From positions 13,330,001 through 13,394,000 of the forward strand of contig NC_082712.1 of NCBI RefSeq assembly GCF_030144855.1: a DNA stretch of 64,000 nt. The letters run 5' to 3'. Within the stretch, counting starts at the first letter, position 1; each line of letters starts with the position of its first letter. The translations under genes were made by a program, and so were the position numbers. Below are positions 61,112 through 64,000 of the stretch, one piece after another. The notes below the pieces were generated by a model. The model saw nothing but the letters and a program-made list of their open reading frames with translations, did no database searches and was not told the DNA's origin. The DNA is from Hypanus sabinus. Lineage: Eukaryota.

Positions 61112-63013
61112 TTAGAGTAAAAAATTTACGAAATTGAAACCAAATTCGTATGTATGTTTGACAATAGGGTTAGATATCTGTTTATTAAGTTTAACTAAAT
61201 CAACAGGGAGAGAAGAACCAAGAACAGAAAATAGAGAATATCCTTGTGTATCATTACATTCTAAATTTACCCACTGTGGGCACAATGGTAAATCTAAATC
61301 TAATTTCCAGTATAATAAATTCCGAATATTATTCGCCCAATAGTAAAATCTAAAATTGGGTAAAGCTAAACCACCATCTTTTTTAGATTTCTGTAACTGT
61401 CTTTTACTTAATCTGGGGTTTTTATTTTGCCACACAAATGAGGAAATTTTTGAATCAATGCTATCAAAAAAAGACTTAGGAATAAAAATTGGTAAGGCTT
61501 GAAATAAATATAAAAATTTCGGTAAAATCATCATTTTAACAGCATTGATCCGACCAAACAATGATAAGGATAAAGGAGACCATCTAGTAGTAAGTTGTTG
61601 AATTTGATGAAGCATAGGTAAAAAATTCAATCTGAATAAATCTTTATATTTCTTGGTAATTTTTATACCTAAATAAATAAAATTGTCAGTAACAATTTTA
61701 AATGGTATCCTGTCATTCAGTAAAGTTTGTGCATTTAAAGGGAAGAGTTCACTCTTATCCAAATTTAATTTGTAACCAGAAAAACTACCAAATTGAACCA
61801 ACAAGGATAGAATAGCGGGAATAGAATTATCAGGATCAGAAATATATAACAACAAGTCATCAGCATAGAGCGATAACTTGTATAATTTCTCATTACGGGT
61901 AATACCAAAAATATTAGGGGATTCACGAATAGCAATGGCTAAAGGTTCTAATGCAATATTAAATAATAAAGGACTTAAGGGACAACCTTGTCTCGTACCA
62001 CGAGATAATTGAAAAAAAGAGGATCTATAATTATTCGTAAGGACAGAAGCAACAGGTTTATAATATATTAATTTAATCCATGATATAAAATTAGAACTAA
62101 AGTTAAAATGTTTCAAGGCATTAAATAAGTATATCCATTCAACTCTATCAAAAGCTTTTTCAGCATCTAATGAAATAACACATTCTGGGGTTGTGGGTGA
62201 GGAAGTGTAAATTATATTGATCAATTTTCTAACATTAAAAAAGGAGTATCGGTTCCTAATGAAACCAGTTTGATCTCCTGAAATAATCTGTGATAGTACC
62301 TTTTCTAACCTAACAGCTAAAATTTTTGTAAGAATCTTAGAGTCTACATTTAGTAACGATATAGGGCGATAAGATGCACATAAAGTAGGATCTTTATCTT
62401 TTTTAAGAATTAAAGAAATAGTAGCTTCATAAAAAGACTGGGGTAGTCTCTTCTTAATAAATGCATCATTAAAGATTTCACATAACCAAGGGGAAAGCAA
62501 AGAAGAAAAAGTTTTAAAAAATTCTATAATATAACCATCGGGGCCAGGAGCTTTCCCTGAATTCATCGATGAAATAGCTTCTCCTACCTCCGCCATAGAA
62601 ATAGGAGCATCAAATAAACTTCGATCTTCATCTGTCAGTTTGGGAATATTCAAATTGTTAAAAAAATTATCCATCATAGACATATCACCATCAAATTCTG
62701 ATTGATATAAAGATTTATAAAAATCTTGGAAAGTATTATTAATTTCTTTATGATCAGTAGTCAGATTACCGTCTTGTTTACAAATTTTAATAATTTGTCG
62801 CTTAGTCGAAATAGCTTTTAATTGATTAGCTAACAATTTACCAGTTCGATCACTATGAATATAAAATTGAGCCCTGGTCTTAATTAATTGATTCTCAATT
62901 GAAGAAGATAACAGTAAGCTATGTTCCATTTGCAGCTCAACTCTCTTCTTATAAAGTTCCTTGGTAGGAGTAACGGAATAAATCTTATCAATTTCTTTAA
63001 TTTTATCCACCAA
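61112..63013 (-). CDS. L1 ORF2 reverse transcriptase domain (633 aa open; part of frameshifted ORF2)
   Basis: KAPGPDG, YRPISLLNVDSK, DQTGF, SLDAEKAFD, GTRQGCPLSPLLF, YADD, YLGI. Confidence 0.93.
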   Translation of the reverse strand: MVDKIKEIDKIYSVTPTKELYKKRVELQMEHSLLLSSSIENQLIKTRAQFYIHSDRTGKLLANQLKAISTKRQIIKICKQDGNLTTDHKEINNTFQDFYKSLYQSEFDGDMSMMDNFFNNLNIPKLTDEDRSLFDAPISMAEVGEAISSMNSGKAPGPDGYIIEFFKTFSSLLSPWLCEIFNDAFIKKRLPQSFYEATISLILKKDKDPTLCASYRPISLLNVDSKILTKILAVRLEKVLSQIISGDQTGFIRNRYSFFNVRKLINIIYTSSPTTPECVISLDAEKAFDRVEWIYLFNALKHFNFSSNFISWIKLIYYKPVASVLTNNYRSSFFQLSRGTRQGCPLSPLLFNIALEPLAIAIRESPNIFGITRNEKLYKLSLYADDLLLYISDPDNSIPAILSLLVQFGSFSGYKLNLDKSELFPLNAQTLLNDRIPFKIVTDNFIYLGIKITKKYKDLFRLNFLPMLHQIQQLTTRWSPLSLSLFGRINAVKMMILPKFLYLFQALPIFIPKSFFDSIDSKISSFVWQNKNPRLSKRQLQKSKKDGGLALPNFRFYYWANNIRNLLYWKLDLDLPLCPQWVNLECNDTQGYSLFSVLGSSLPVDLVKLNKQISNPIVKHTYEFGFNFVNFLL

Positions 63014-63142
63014 TAAAGCTATATCTAAATATCTTTGTTTTCTTTTCCCAGCAGAATATGAGATAATTTGTCCATGAATAAAAGCCTTAAAAGAGTCCCA
63101 AAGTATTCCTCTGTCAATCTCTTCGGTATAGTTTGTTGAAAA

Positions 63143-63660
63143 AGAGAGATTACCTCAGGGCTCTTGAACTCAATCCCACAGCTGACGAATGCCAGTACAC
63201 CAGACACCTTCTTAACACCACTGTCAACCTGTGCAGCAGCTTTGAGTGTCCTATGGACAGAGTCCCCAAGATCCAGCTCATCCTCCACACTGCCACCAGT
63301 CTTACCATTCATATATTCTGTATTCAAATTTGACCTACCAGAATGAATCACTTCACACTTATCTGGGTTGAACTCCATCTGTTCTACACACCCTCCACTC
63401 TGTGTGTAATGAACCTGCCTCTGACCTCTGACATCCCCCCAATACTTTCCAGGAAAAGTCTCTGGCTGTCTGCTCGATTATGCCTCTTATCATCTTGTTC
63501 ACCTCTATCAAGTCACCTCTCATCTTTCTTCACTCCCAAGAGAAATTCTCCAGCTCGCTCAACCTTTCCTCATTAAACATCCTCTCTGGTCCAGGCAGCA
63601 TCCTGGTAGATCTCCTCTACATCCTCACGAAAGCTTCCTCATCCTTCCTGTAATGAGGTG
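63143..63660 (-). mobile_element. CR1 3' fragment (target of the L1; remainder at about 59720-59810)
   Basis: MEFNPDKCEVIH, LKAAAQVDS, GIEFKS. Confidence 0.75.
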
Positions 63661-63884
63661 AGTGGAACTGAACTTACTTGCTGCTGCAGGGATGATTTTC
63701 ATTGCATGTCTGCCTACGTGTCTGCACAGGTACAGTGAAAATCCAGTTGCCGTAGCAACACAGGCACAGAGCGTTGCATCAGAAAAGCAGCAATCAAGGT
63801 CAAGTTTATTGCCATCTGACTGTACACAGATACAGAACGTCAAGGTGTCTTGTACATCAGTCAATGAAAGTAAGCATGCAGGTA

Positions 63885-64000
63885 CAGCAGGCAGTGAAGA
63901 AAGCTAATGACATGCTGGCTTTTATAACAAGAGGAATTGAGTATAGGAGTAAAGAGGTCCTTCTGCAGTTGTACAGGGCCCTGGTGAGACCTCACCTGGA
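63885..64000 (+). mobile_element. CR1 RT fragment running off the window
   Basis: AVKKAN.MLAFI.RGIEYRSKEV.LQLYRALVRPHL. Confidence 0.8.

Larger units (their letters stand above)
59811..63142 (-). mobile_element. 5'-truncated L1 (LINE-1) with 14-bp TSD, young
   Basis: TSD AGAGAGATTACCTC at 59797-59810 and 63143-63156; A-rich tail and UTR; long ORF2 remnants. Confidence 0.93.

Overview
This is vertebrate genomic DNA, not prokaryotic. The repeat mix (CR1, Rex1/Babar, Penelope, L1, HE1-like V-SINE) suggests a cartilaginous fish, probably a ray; that host call is inference. Most of the window is nested, decayed retroelements, with an 898-N assembly gap at 5207-6104. Host-gene content is small: an intact phase 1-1 Siglec-15-like V-set Ig exon (58656-59039, +), a candidate signal-peptide exon for it (46532-46592), and a pseudogenised V-set exon (10255-10647). 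The most unusual feature is a heavily mutated endogenous retrovirus, colinear on the minus strand from about 28560 to 13390: gag with a CCHC-type knuckle, a TGA stop, WDTG protease, RT, RNase H, integrase C-terminus, env, then about 0.9 kb of possible accessory sequence. Its env has an RKR furin site followed by a pneumovirus/paramyxovirus-F-like fusion peptide, which points to a lokiretrovirus-like lineage. The gag-pro-RT half is duplicated as an old ~12 kb inverted repeat centred on a Penelope fragment. One arm later acquired a complete hAT transposon and a Rex1 insertion; the other carries a long 30/31-bp minisatellite array. Many decayed minimal hammerhead-ribozyme motifs from Penelope termini and a young 5'-truncated L1 with a 14-bp TSD are also present. 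All translations were done by hand with no database searches, and boundaries of decayed elements are approximate.
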